From the sequence record NZ_CP069398.1: DNA of 64,000 nucleotides. One strand, 5' to 3'. Within the stretch, counting starts at the first letter, position 1. Each line of letters starts with the position of its first letter. Origin of the DNA: a plasmid. Position numbers and translations under genes: made by a program. The notes under the pieces were generated by a model, which made no database searches, was not told where the DNA came from, and saw nothing but the letters and a program-made list of their open reading frames with translations. This document shows, piece by piece, positions 7,651 through 17,479 of this stretch.

Positions 7651-10222
7651 TAAATCCATCAAATATGTGTTCGCTGAAAAACAAGTACTTATTCCTTTAA
7701 GTGCTTGTTTTTTTGTGTCTATTCTACTCATCTTGAACTTTCTTTTTAACATGATGCTAAACCTTGTTCAAACAACGTTTAGCGATGTATTTGAACCGCA
7801 GCCTTTTCATTTGGACACATCTTTTTTGACAGAGATTCATCTCCAACAGTACTCGCCTTTATATGGAGCGATGTGTTTAGTAGCTGCCTTATTAACAGCA
7901 AAATTCGCTTACAACATTCGATCCAACTTCAAAGATTTAAACCACAATCAAAAAGGGTCGGGGCGCTTTACAACAAGACGTGAACTAAAAAAGCAATATC
8001 GAAAAGTACCTGAAAAAACGACAACGTATCAAGGTGGAGGTGGTGTTCCTGTTTCTCGTATTCAAACCTATGACCTGATTCAAACGTGGAAAGAGTACAA
8101 AGCTTTAAAGGGAATACAGAAGCTTCTCCACACACATCGATTCTTTACGAAGAAAAGCTACATGCTGATTGATGACACACCCGTTAATAATTTGATCATT
8201 GGGATTACACGATCAGGGAAAGGGGAAACGTTTGTTTTTCCAACGATTGATATCTACTCACGAGCTGAAAAACAACCTTCCCTAGTCTGCAATGATCCTA
8301 AGGGGGAGCTGCTCGCAGCTTCTAAAAATACACTAGAGGAAAGAGGGTATCATGTTGAAGTTCTAAACTTACTCAACCCATTAGAATCAATGAGTTATAA
8401 CCTGTTGGAAATGATAAAAGAAACGTATAAAGATGGTGATTACTCAACAGCTCAAGCGTTATGTAATACGTTATCCTATACGCTTTACTACAATCCAAAT
8501 GCGAAAGATCCGTTTTGGCAACAATGTGCCATGAGTTTATGTAACGCTATGATTCTCGCTGTCACAGATAAGTGTATTAAGGAAAAGGAAGAGAATAAAA
8601 TCACGATGTACACGGTGGCGAATATGTTGTCGGAGTTAGGATCGAAAGAGGTTGTCATTAATAAAAAAGGAGATACGCAAAATGCGTTAGATTTGTACTT
8701 TGATGGGCTGCCAACAGAAAGTGTCGCCAAAATGCAGTATGCGACTTCAAATTTCTCAAAAGGCACGACAAGAGGAGGGATCTTCACTCAAACGATGAAT
8801 GGACTATCCATTTTTACATTTGATGAAATCGCAAAAATGACTTCTAAAAACAGTGTCGATTTAAAGCGTGTGGGCTTTGGAAAAACGATAAAAGGAAAAG
8901 CAGCACCTCTTACTCGTTTAGAAATCATCTTTCCAGATGGGCAAACAGAAACGATTAAAACGGATGCCAAAGGGTTATTTGAAGTCAACTTTACAAGTGA
9001 AGTAAAGCAGAATGATGAAATTATATTAACGGAAAAGTTCAATGATAAAATTGTTACTTCATCGAGGCTTGAAACCGTTATATCGATTAATAGGATCACG
9101 AAGGAAACAGGAGCTACGACGTTTACAGTGAAAAGGCAACATCCAAGTATTCATGTAAAGGAAGTGACGTGTTTTACAAAACCTATCTCTATTTTCATGG
9201 TCACACCGGATTATGATTCTAGTAATCACGTTATTGCGTCCATTTTTGTTCGTCAGTTGTATTATATACTTGCCAAAAATGCTTCCTTGGCACGAGGAAA
9301 CAAGTGTCATCGAGAAGTCATTTTTTTACTTGATGAGTTCGGAAATATGCCTGCGATTGAAGGAATGTCCAATATTATCACGGTTTGTTTAGGACGAAAT
9401 ATACGTTTCAACTTAGTGATTCAAGCCTATGCACAATTAAAAAATAAATATGGGGATGATGCTGAAACGATTGAAGGGAACTGTGGGAATACGATTTACA
9501 TCTTAAGCAATAACTATGAAACAGCAAAGACCATTTCGCAAAAATTAGGGGACGGTACCATCAATTCTACCTCTCGAAGTGGGAAAGGGCTATCAACGGA
9601 TAAAAGTAAAACAGAAGGAGTAGATGGAAAGCCTTTATTAACACCCGATGAATTAATGGAACTTAAAGAAGGAGAAAGTGTGGTTGTGCGTGTTGTAAAA
9701 CGTCAAGATAAAGCACGTCAGAGAATTAAAGCACATCCAATTTATAACACTGGAAAAACAGCGTTGAAATACCGTTGGGAATACCTCGGAGAGGACTTTA
9801 ATACGGATCGTTCGATTCTAGATATTGATATTTCGTCTTTACATGAACAAGTCAATCCAAGATCCTTGGTCATTCATAATTTCTTTCCTTTTCAATCACA
9901 AGCTTCATCAGTGGAAATTGAAGAGGAACTAACCGACGATCCGTTTACTTCTCTAACGTATGAGAACTACAAAACTAAGACAGTCAAAGAGTTCTTCGGT
10001 GGAGATAAGAACGTTTCTACTGCTCTAAAAGAACACTTACCAAAAGCGATGAATAAAACGGTGGAAGAGATTGAACAGCAGTCCATGAGTGATTTTGAAG
10101 AGGAATTAACGATGTTAGGAGCTAGCGATCAACTGAATAAAAATGTTCACAAACTTCTTGAAGTGAAAATAACTACCATCATCAAGAAGTTACAACATGA
10201 GATGGAAAAACAAGAAGCTTAA
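7640..10222 (+). CDS. type IV coupling protein (VirD4/TraG/TcpA family ATPase)
   Basis: Two N-terminal TM helices, a GSGRFTT (GSARWA-like) motif, the Walker A GITRSGKGET and the Walker B IFLLDEFGNMPAI. The 860-aa length fits the family. GGAGGG lies 8 nt upstream of the ATG. Confidence 0.8.
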   Translation: MQPNKSIKYVFAEKQVLIPLSACFFVSILLILNFLFNMMLNLVQTTFSDVFEPQPFHLDTSFLTEIHLQQYSPLYGAMCLVAALLTAKFAYNIRSNFKDLNHNQKGSGRFTTRRELKKQYRKVPEKTTTYQGGGGVPVSRIQTYDLIQTWKEYKALKGIQKLLHTHRFFTKKSYMLIDDTPVNNLIIGITRSGKGETFVFPTIDIYSRAEKQPSLVCNDPKGELLAASKNTLEERGYHVEVLNLLNPLESMSYNLLEMIKETYKDGDYSTAQALCNTLSYTLYYNPNAKDPFWQQCAMSLCNAMILAVTDKCIKEKEENKITMYTVANMLSELGSKEVVINKKGDTQNALDLYFDGLPTESVAKMQYATSNFSKGTTRGGIFTQTMNGLSIFTFDEIAKMTSKNSVDLKRVGFGKTIKGKAAPLTRLEIIFPDGQTETIKTDAKGLFEVNFTSEVKQNDEIILTEKFNDKIVTSSRLETVISINRITKETGATTFTVKRQHPSIHVKEVTCFTKPISIFMVTPDYDSSNHVIASIFVRQLYYILAKNASLARGNKCHREVIFLLDEFGNMPAIEGMSNIITVCLGRNIRFNLVIQAYAQLKNKYGDDAETIEGNCGNTIYILSNNYETAKTISQKLGDGTINSTSRSGKGLSTDKSKTEGVDGKPLLTPDELMELKEGESVVVRVVKRQDKARQRIKAHPIYNTGKTALKYRWEYLGEDFNTDRSILDIDISSLHEQVNPRSLVIHNFFPFQSQASSVEIEEELTDDPFTSLTYENYKTKTVKEFFGGDKNVSTALKEHLPKAMNKTVEEIEQQSMSDFEEELTMLGASDQLNKNVHKLLEVKITTIIKKLQHEMEKQEA

Positions 10223-10242
10223 TATCAAAAGGGGGAGAAAGA

Positions 10243-10449
10243 ATGACAAGTATTTCAAAGGAATTAGAGCGTATTTTAGAGGAATATGCACCGATTGTGA
10301 AGGAAGGACATCAGGTGTTAATTGGCTTACTAGATGGCACTATCCACTTGGAAAAAGGGCAGGAAGGAGAAGCACCCGTACAAATACGTGTTTCTCCTCT
10401 GGATGAACGGTTAGAAATAACGGTTGATGCGCTATTTCAAGGCATGTAA
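10243..10449 (+). CDS. small hypothetical protein
   Basis: A 68-aa ORF that follows GGGGGAG. Confidence 0.35.
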   Translation: MTSISKELERILEEYAPIVKEGHQVLIGLLDGTIHLEKGQEGEAPVQIRVSPLDERLEITVDALFQGM

Positions 10450-10472
10450 TGCGTGTATAAGGAGATGAGCAG

Positions 10473-13283
10473 ATGAAGGATGAGGAAATTCTTAAAAAGC
10501 TACGTGAGTTTTCAGAGTACTTAGATGTTGGAAATATCGTCACCTATATGTTACGGAAAGTTGGATGGGCGTGTATTCAACTTCTTTCGTTTCTAGTGGA
10601 TGGATTGGAAGGAATTACAGATAGTATTTTAGGAATTAAGACATTTTTTAATTCACCTGAAATCCAAGATTTTATTACCAAGATTCAACCTTTTTTATAT
10701 GTATTACTGGCTTTTTCCTTTTTGTATATTGGCTACATGTTGATTATTCAGAAGAAAGTCAATCGTGAACAAATTATGATTAACATTTTTATTTCGATGG
10801 CAGTCTTACTTTTATTAAACACAAGTATGTTAAAGGCAGATAAATTCACTGACCAAGCCATTGAAGCTGTTGATTTAAATGAAAAAGGTACCGTAAGTGA
10901 AAAGATAATTAAAAGTAACATAACAGATGTAGCGCAATTCGATCTTACGAAATGGAAAAGTCCCAAATTAAAAGAACCAAATAAAGTGCCACAAAAAAAT
11001 ATTATGATGATTGATATTACGGAAAAAATTGATGATAAGTTTAAAGTAAATAAAAAAGATACTCTATCAGATGAAGGCCAAAAAATACTCACAAATAAAG
11101 CAGATATTACACCTGATGGAAAAGAAGGATTAGTTGAATTGAATAATGGATGGTTTGATTTCTTTCCAGAACTCTATTACCGATGGTCATGGAACTTCTG
11201 GACAATTGCGGTTTCCCTTTTTGTTATAGGGATGACGTTGTTATTTACCTCTATTAAATTAGCAAAGTTGTGCTTTGAGCTAGGATTTAACTCCATTTTA
11301 GCCCAAATTGTTGCGCCTGCCGATGTAGCAGATGGGCAGAAGTTAAAAGCCGTTTTAAAAAATATCCTGAATACATTCCTTGTAACGATTATGATCTTTA
11401 TATCTATGAAGGTCTATTTGATGGGAACCGTCTTTATTAGCGATAAGCTAGAAGGTATTCCATACCTGATCGCATTGATCGCCTTTAGTATTGCTGTTGT
11501 AGATGGGCCTGTAATGTGTGAACGTCTCTTTGGCATCGATGCCGGACTCAAAAGTGGTTGGGGCGCTCTGGCAGGAGGTTTTGCGATGGCAAAAGGACTT
11601 GAAAGTAGTATTGGCATGATGGGCAGAACCTTAAAAGGAGGAGCCAATCTTGCAAAGGGTGTTGGTAATGTAGGAAAAGGTCTTGGTAGTGGTGCTCTTC
11701 AGACAGCAGCAGGAGTTGGAGGGCTTGGAAAAGGATTAGCTACACAAGGAAATAAGGAAAAACAACCAGCATTGCATGAAGAAATGAAAAAGGCAGGAAT
11801 GGCAGGTGAGAAAGGAAACGTTGCTTCTAAAGGTCAAAACGCAGGAAATGAGCAGAAAGCTCAACAACAGGGATTATCCTCTACTGAAAAACAAGAGGGG
11901 GGCAAAAATGCTGAAGGAAATTCTTCAGAAGGAAAAGGATCAGGACAAGGTACATCTCTACAAGATGAAATGCAAGCAGCAGGTGTTTCTACTGATAGTC
12001 AGGGATCAACTTCCTCTGTAGAAGGTGGAAATACATCTCTACATGATGAAATGCAGGCTTCTGGTTATGGTGAAAGTGCAACTGAAGGTACTGGATCTTC
12101 CGTAGAGGGTGGAAGTGCTTCTCTACATGATGAAATGCAGGCTTCTGGCTATAGTGAAGGTGCAACTGAAGGTACTGGATCTTCTGTAGAAGGTGGAAGT
12201 GCTTCTCTACATGATGAAATGCAGGCTTCTGGTCAGAGTGGAAGCACAAATGGAGGCAGCTCTTCTGTAGGAAAGGCAAGTGCTTCTCTACATGACGAAA
12301 TGCAGACTTCTGGTCAGAGTGGAAGCACAAATGAAGGCAGCTCTTCTGTAGGAAAGGCAAGTGCTCCTCTTCATGGTGAAATGCAAGCCTCTGGTCAGAG
12401 TGGAAGCACAAATGGAGGCAGCTCTTCTGTAGGAAAGGCAAGTGCTCCTCTTCATGGTGAAATGCAAGCCTCTGGTCAAAGTGGAAGCACAAATGGAGGT
12501 AGCTCTTCTGTAGGAAAGGCAAGTGCTCCTCTTCATGGTGAAATGCAAGCCTCTGGTCAAAGTGGAAGCACAAATGGAGGTAGCTCTTCTGTAGGGAGTG
12601 CAAGTACGCCTGTTCATGAAGAAATTCAAACTTCCGGTTACGGCGGAAGTACAAGTGAAGGCAGCTCTTCTGTAGGAAGTGTGAGCACGCCCGTTTATGA
12701 AGAAATCCAAACTTCCGGTTACGGTGGAAGTACAAGTGAAGGCAGCTCTTCTGTAGGAAGTGTGAGCACGCCTGTTCATGAAGAAATCCAAACTTCCGGT
12801 TACGGTGGAAGTACAAGTGAAGGTAGCTCTTCTGTAGGAAGTGTGAGTACGCCTGTTCGTGAAGAAATTCAAACTTCCGGTTACGGTGGAAGTACAAGCG
12901 AAGGCGGATCTTCTGTAGAAAGTGTAAGCTACCCTACACCAACAAGAGAACCTTCTGTTTCTATGCCGACAGGGATGGATCAAGCACAAGCACAAGTGGC
13001 AGCTACACAGGAACCTCGACAAGGAAAACAACGGATTGAAAAAGACACAGTTCCTACTTCAACAGACGATATTCCAATGCCAGAACAGAACCGGATAGAA
13101 ACACGCAATATTGCACAAGTGGTAAAAGATAACTTTAAGGGAGGGGTAGGAAAGGTAAAAGAACGTATTGATAATTCGCAAACAATCCATAAAACAAAAC
13201 GTTCTTATCAAATTGGACGAAATACAGGGCGAGATTTACGAAACCTTGGATCAAAGAAACGAAATAAACCAGAAGAGAAGTAA
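10473..13283 (+). CDS. VirB6-like polytopic T4SS channel protein (ConG/TcpH/Orf15-like) with a Gly-rich and tandem-repeat C-terminal extension
   Basis: The first ~430 aa carry at least 6 TM helices. They are followed by a Gly/Lys-rich segment, about 12 tandem ~27-aa S/G/T-rich repeats and a basic tail. Position matches the gene order of Gram-positive (MPF_FA-type) transfer operons. Confidence 0.65.
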   Translation: MKDEEILKKLREFSEYLDVGNIVTYMLRKVGWACIQLLSFLVDGLEGITDSILGIKTFFNSPEIQDFITKIQPFLYVLLAFSFLYIGYMLIIQKKVNREQIMINIFISMAVLLLLNTSMLKADKFTDQAIEAVDLNEKGTVSEKIIKSNITDVAQFDLTKWKSPKLKEPNKVPQKNIMMIDITEKIDDKFKVNKKDTLSDEGQKILTNKADITPDGKEGLVELNNGWFDFFPELYYRWSWNFWTIAVSLFVIGMTLLFTSIKLAKLCFELGFNSILAQIVAPADVADGQKLKAVLKNILNTFLVTIMIFISMKVYLMGTVFISDKLEGIPYLIALIAFSIAVVDGPVMCERLFGIDAGLKSGWGALAGGFAMAKGLESSIGMMGRTLKGGANLAKGVGNVGKGLGSGALQTAAGVGGLGKGLATQGNKEKQPALHEEMKKAGMAGEKGNVASKGQNAGNEQKAQQQGLSSTEKQEGGKNAEGNSSEGKGSGQGTSLQDEMQAAGVSTDSQGSTSSVEGGNTSLHDEMQASGYGESATEGTGSSVEGGSASLHDEMQASGYSEGATEGTGSSVEGGSASLHDEMQASGQSGSTNGGSSSVGKASASLHDEMQTSGQSGSTNEGSSSVGKASAPLHGEMQASGQSGSTNGGSSSVGKASAPLHGEMQASGQSGSTNGGSSSVGKASAPLHGEMQASGQSGSTNGGSSSVGSASTPVHEEIQTSGYGGSTSEGSSSVGSVSTPVYEEIQTSGYGGSTSEGSSSVGSVSTPVHEEIQTSGYGGSTSEGSSSVGSVSTPVREEIQTSGYGGSTSEGGSSVESVSYPTPTREPSVSMPTGMDQAQAQVAATQEPRQGKQRIEKDTVPTSTDDIPMPEQNRIETRNIAQVVKDNFKGGVGKVKERIDNSQTIHKTKRSYQIGRNTGRDLRNLGSKKRNKPEEK
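11950..12935. repeat. 81-bp in-frame tandem repeats (~12 copies, three subfamilies) inside the VirB6-like gene
   Basis: Exact 81-bp periodicity, for example CTTCATGGTGAAATGCAAGCC at 12367, 12448 and 12529. The encoded unit is LH(D/G)EMQASG(Q/Y)SGSTNGGSSSVGKASAP. Long minus-strand ORFs across this region are repeat artefacts. Confidence 0.9.
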
Positions 13284-13322
13284 CAAGCGTTACTTCTCTT
13301 TTTTATGGGAAGGAGAAGAGTC

Positions 13323-13613
13323 ATGGCAAACTATAACATTCCGAAAGAAATCTCTACGGAATTAAAGATTAATAAATCTCTGTATCTCTTTGATTTGTTG
13401 TTCATTATTGGCTTACTTATGGTCACGATGATGTTACGTTTTTTAATTCATCCTACACTTCAAATTCCCTTTTATATCTTCATGGGCATATTTGGAGTAT
13501 TGATGATCGTTAGACCAAGTACGAACCCTAAAAAACGGATGTATGAGGCGTTATTGCTTACATTGGTACGAAAGAAGAGCACGTATTGTGCCATAGATCG
13601 AGATCAAGAATAA
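13323..13613 (+). CDS. VirB3-like small two-TM T4SS protein (TcpE/Orf17/ConD-like candidate)
   Basis: About 96 aa with two TM helices. The ATG at 13323 follows GGAAGGAGAAGAG. It sits immediately upstream of the VirB4 ORFs, as in Gram-positive (MPF_FA-type) systems. Confidence 0.45.
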   Translation: MANYNIPKEISTELKINKSLYLFDLLFIIGLLMVTMMLRFLIHPTLQIPFYIFMGIFGVLMIVRPSTNPKKRMYEALLLTLVRKKSTYCAIDRDQE

Positions 13614-13628
13614 AGGAGGGTATGATAG

Positions 13629-14342
13629 ATGGCATTATTTGATGAAAGAATCCTAGAAAAAGAGAAACCTATTTCAAAAGAAAAAAAGACAAGTAAATCC
13701 CTTCTCTTTGATGAAAAGGAAATGGATAAACGGATCGCTCAAACAAAGAAAAAGAATCCTTTTTCTCTGTTACAAACTCCAAAGGCTGAAAAGGAAAAAA
13801 AGAAAGAGAAACTACCGGAGGTAAAGAAAAGTGTAGCTGACATTATTCCCATCATCGATCAAACAGATAGTGGGTTATTTCAACTAAAAGATGATGGTGG
13901 CTTTTTTGGGATCTGGCAGCTTCAAAGTACAGATATCAATGCCATGCATGACCAAGAGGCAGGACGCAATATTTATACGCTGGCCAAAACGTACCAGGGT
14001 GATAAAGATCCGTTTAAAATTATCTCATTAAACTTGCCTGTTTCGACACAAAAGCAACAACAGTATCTTGAAAAGAAGATTCGAGAGGCAAACAATGCGT
14101 TATCCCTTCGGTTCTTACGAAAGAAATTAAAAGAACTTCAATATTTAGAATGGGGGCGAACCAATCGAGAATACTTTCTTTTTCTATATGGACCGACTGA
14201 ACTTGCTGTAAAAGAGCGAAAAGATCAATTTATGCGAGATGTTCAACTGGCTGTCCCTCTGTTACCTGTTTCGGATGAAAAACAAATTAATCTTCTTTAT
14301 AAACTCTACAATCAAAACGCCAAGCTTGGCAATAAACAATAA
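13629..14342 (+). CDS. VirB4-family ATPase, N-terminal part as a separate ORF
   Basis: A Lys-rich leader is followed by ADIIPIIDQTDSGLFQLKDDGGFFGIWQLQSTDINAM, which resembles the conserved N-terminus of Tn916 Orf16/TcpF/ConE-type VirB4. The ORF ends at a clean TAA 17 nt before the next ATG. Confidence 0.55.
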   Translation: MALFDERILEKEKPISKEKKTSKSLLFDEKEMDKRIAQTKKKNPFSLLQTPKAEKEKKKEKLPEVKKSVADIIPIIDQTDSGLFQLKDDGGFFGIWQLQSTDINAMHDQEAGRNIYTLAKTYQGDKDPFKIISLNLPVSTQKQQQYLEKKIREANNALSLRFLRKKLKELQYLEWGRTNREYFLFLYGPTELAVKERKDQFMRDVQLAVPLLPVSDEKQINLLYKLYNQNAKLGNKQ

Positions 14343-14359
14343 GAAAGGATGATAAAACC

Positions 14360-16294
14360 ATGATAACTTTACCTTTTCGTAAAAAAGAGAAAACACCTCA
14401 AGAGATCAAGCAGAAAAAAGGATATAATCCCTATTTTGTGGCACAGATTCAACCACAAGGGGGCGTGAGCTTTAAAGAAAACCTTGTTCGAAATGGCGAT
14501 GGGTATTCGACGTGTATTCATATTTATGAGTACCCAACGAACGTGAATGATTTTTGGTTGGAACCGATTATGAACATGCCAAATGCCATTACTACCTTAG
14601 ATGTGGTAAGTGATGAGCGTAAACAAGTCGTCGAAGCGATCAATAAAAATATGTCGGAACAAAACGCACGGCATGTGAATGCCAAAGAAAACATTGATCG
14701 TATGGATGCACAAGAACAGTATTTAGATATGAAAGAGTTATACCGTCAAGTCACAAATGGAGAAGTGATCAAAAGGATACACCTTCGCATTTATATTGCA
14801 GAAAAAACGATTCCTGACTTAGAAAAGCGATTAAAAGAAGTCATTCATCACCTTGAAACGCATAACTTCAGAGGATCCATTTTCTTAAATGAACAAGAGT
14901 ATGAGTGGGAATCGTTAGTGACGCACTTTGACATACAAAAGAAGTATCCCAATAAGCGAAAAGGAAAGGAAATCCCCGCATTAGCACTAGCCGGAGGGTT
15001 TCCTTTTCATTTTACTCACTTAGATGATCCATACGGTACGTATCAAGGGACAACTCGTACAGGTGGCAGCGTCATCTTTGATTTGTTTCACAAAGACCAA
15101 CAACGTAAAAGTTATAATGCGGTGTTGATGGGCTTAATGGGCGCAGGTAAATCCACATTTTTAAAGAAAGTCACCACAGATAATGCGATTAAAGGCTATA
15201 AGATTCGAGGATTCGATATTGTAGGAGAGTTTGAAAGTCTCGTCAGAGAATTAGGAGGGAAACAGATTGCCTTAGATGGATCGGAAGGGCAAATTAATCC
15301 TTTACAGGTATTTAAAACACATGAGCACGAAATAAACAGTTTTACGCAGCACCTATCCAAACTAACCGTTTTTTATCGCTTTATTGCACCAGAAGCAAAA
15401 GATGATGAATTAAAAGAGTATGAAAAGCTACTTCGTAAACTCTATATTCAAAAGCAGTTATGGAACGATGAAAAAGGCGCAAGCAGTCACATCACAGGGT
15501 TTTCACCAGAAGCCTATCCAACGTTTAGTGAGTTTCTACACCTCATTCGAAAAGAGTTATATACCGATGAGGAAACAAGAGAACACCATCCGAACTTAGG
15601 AGAGTACCGGAAGCGTAGACTTGAGCTAATCGAGCTGAACATTGAAAACTTGGTTGAAACATACGCTCATTTGTTTGATGGAATTTCTACCATTGAAGAT
15701 TTCAACGATGAACAAGTCGTATTTTTCTCTATCCGTCATTTATCAAAATTAAAAGATGAAATTGCACAAGCACAGCTTTTCAACGTCATGAGTTTATTAT
15801 GGGATGGCATGCTGCAGAATGGAGAACCACAATTGGCAGCCTATACGAAAGGGACATTATCCTTTGAAGATGCCATTCGTTATTTGATTGTCATCGACGA
15901 GGCGCACCACATTGTGAACACGAAAAAGGGCAATGAACATGCCTTAGATTTCTTAACAGAGTTTAGTCGAGAAGCTCGAAAATACTTTGCAGGCTTAATC
16001 TACGCAAGTCATTTAATCAGTGACTTTGTGCCAGATGGTTCTGAACAAACGGCGATTGAAAAAATTAAAAAGCTTTTTGACTTAACACAATATAAATTCA
16101 TCATGCAGCAGGATGATAACAACTTAGACACGATTCAACGAGTGTTTAAAACAGGGATTACGGACAGCGAATTGGCTGAAATTCCGAAGCTGCCAATTGG
16201 GGATGTGCTGCTTTGTATTAAGTCCGTAAAAAACATTTTGTTTCATATTGAAATCGATGAGGAAGAAAAAGTGCTGTACGGTGGAGGTGCATAA
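14360..16294 (+). CDS. VirB4-family T4SS ATPase (ATPase body)
   Basis: Walker A GLMGAGKST and Walker B YLIVIDEAHH. The N-terminal PQGG...GDGY...YP region is typical of Gram-positive VirB4. AAAGGATGA lies ahead of the ATG. Confidence 0.8.
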   Translation: MITLPFRKKEKTPQEIKQKKGYNPYFVAQIQPQGGVSFKENLVRNGDGYSTCIHIYEYPTNVNDFWLEPIMNMPNAITTLDVVSDERKQVVEAINKNMSEQNARHVNAKENIDRMDAQEQYLDMKELYRQVTNGEVIKRIHLRIYIAEKTIPDLEKRLKEVIHHLETHNFRGSIFLNEQEYEWESLVTHFDIQKKYPNKRKGKEIPALALAGGFPFHFTHLDDPYGTYQGTTRTGGSVIFDLFHKDQQRKSYNAVLMGLMGAGKSTFLKKVTTDNAIKGYKIRGFDIVGEFESLVRELGGKQIALDGSEGQINPLQVFKTHEHEINSFTQHLSKLTVFYRFIAPEAKDDELKEYEKLLRKLYIQKQLWNDEKGASSHITGFSPEAYPTFSEFLHLIRKELYTDEETREHHPNLGEYRKRRLELIELNIENLVETYAHLFDGISTIEDFNDEQVVFFSIRHLSKLKDEIAQAQLFNVMSLLWDGMLQNGEPQLAAYTKGTLSFEDAIRYLIVIDEAHHIVNTKKGNEHALDFLTEFSREARKYFAGLIYASHLISDFVPDGSEQTAIEKIKKLFDLTQYKFIMQQDDNNLDTIQRVFKTGITDSELAEIPKLPIGDVLLCIKSVKNILFHIEIDEEEKVLYGGGA

Positions 16295-16297
16295 GCT

Positions 16298-17410
16298 TTG
16301 CATATCGTTTTACAGCTCATTCCAAAGAAATATTTGATTGGAGGCACGTTGATCCTGTTAGGATTATCGGGCCTCTTAATCATGAGTACAATTGTAGCCA
16401 TTACAGGTGAATTTGAAAAAGATAGTCAACAAAATGAGGTAACAGAGATTGAAGGCGGAGGCATTGGTGTAGGAACGGCTAATGTGTCACCAGAGGTCAT
16501 GAAGTATCAACCCTTGCTTGAAAAGTACGCACAAAAACATGGGTTAGATGCTTCGTATGTGCCAATTATGATGGCACTTATGATGCAAGAAAGTGGAGGA
16601 AGAGGCAACGATCCAATGCAAAGCAGTGAGTCTTATTGTGGATCAGTTGGGTGTATTTCTATCCCTGAATTATCGGTCGATAAAGGAGTTTTACATTTTA
16701 AAAGTGTCCTAGAAAAGGCTCATTATGATTTGAAACTTTGCCTTCAGTCGTACAATTTTGGCGGTGGATTTATCAATTATGTCATGAAAAATGGAGGCAA
16801 ATATACACCAGAGCTAGCAATCTCTTTTTCACAATTGCAATATCAAAAGGTAAAGCATACAGGAAATTATCACTGTGTGCGTCCTGAAATGGTTCCTTAT
16901 TCCGCCTGTTATGGCGACGCGAAGTATGTCGATGCGGTACTGAAATATTATACAGGAACGATCACAGCTGACGGAAAACCGGCTGCTCCTGCGAGTGGTG
17001 GAAGTGGCGGTAAATCAGGTGTGAAAGTAATTGACGCAGGCAAAACGTTGATTGGTAAAACACGTTATGTCTTTGGTGGAGGACGATCTCAATCTGATAT
17101 TAACGCAGGACGTTTTGATTGTTCAAGTTTCGTCAGATGGGCATTCGAACAGGTAGGAATGAATGTTGGTCCAATGTCAGGCGTAACAACCGACACACTC
17201 AAAACACAAGGGCAAGCAATCAATCCAAAAGACATGAAGCCTGGGGATGTGGTGTTTTTTGATACCTATAAAATAGACGGTCACGTTGGGATATACGTCG
17301 GCAATAATCAGTTTTTAGGCTGCCAAGGAAAAACAGGTGTAGCCATCGCAAGTATGGCAAAAGGAACGTATTTTGGTGAACGATTCAATGGAAGAGTAAA
17401 ACGATTTTAA
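16298..17410 (+). CDS. bifunctional cell-wall hydrolase (lytic transglycosylase/lysozyme-like plus NlpC/P60 endopeptidase; CwlT-like)
   Basis: The N-terminal signal anchor is followed by the MQESGG motif of lytic transglycosylases. After a Gly/Ser linker, the C-terminus has an NlpC/P60 Cys-His signature (DCSSFVRWAF...GHVGIYVG). Confidence 0.75.
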   Translation: MHIVLQLIPKKYLIGGTLILLGLSGLLIMSTIVAITGEFEKDSQQNEVTEIEGGGIGVGTANVSPEVMKYQPLLEKYAQKHGLDASYVPIMMALMMQESGGRGNDPMQSSESYCGSVGCISIPELSVDKGVLHFKSVLEKAHYDLKLCLQSYNFGGGFINYVMKNGGKYTPELAISFSQLQYQKVKHTGNYHCVRPEMVPYSACYGDAKYVDAVLKYYTGTITADGKPAAPASGGSGGKSGVKVIDAGKTLIGKTRYVFGGGRSQSDINAGRFDCSSFVRWAFEQVGMNVGPMSGVTTDTLKTQGQAINPKDMKPGDVVFFDTYKIDGHVGIYVGNNQFLGCQGKTGVAIASMAKGTYFGERFNGRVKRF

Positions 17411-17479
17411 AAGACCTGCGGTAGTATGTCAACTGAAAAATGAAAGAATGTAAAGTTATCAAAGGGCAATTTACTAAAA

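Noticed and set aside
8488-9310. Three minus-strand ORFs inside the first coupling-protein gene
   Set aside because: They are antisense to a 860-aa gene with clear Walker motifs and lack ribosome-binding sites.
11989-13031. Long minus-strand ORFs (302 aa and 247 aa) antisense to the VirB6-like gene
   Set aside because: They lie entirely within the 81-bp tandem-repeat array and have repetitive His/Cys/Phe-rich low-complexity translations and no RBS. They are artefacts of the in-frame repeats.
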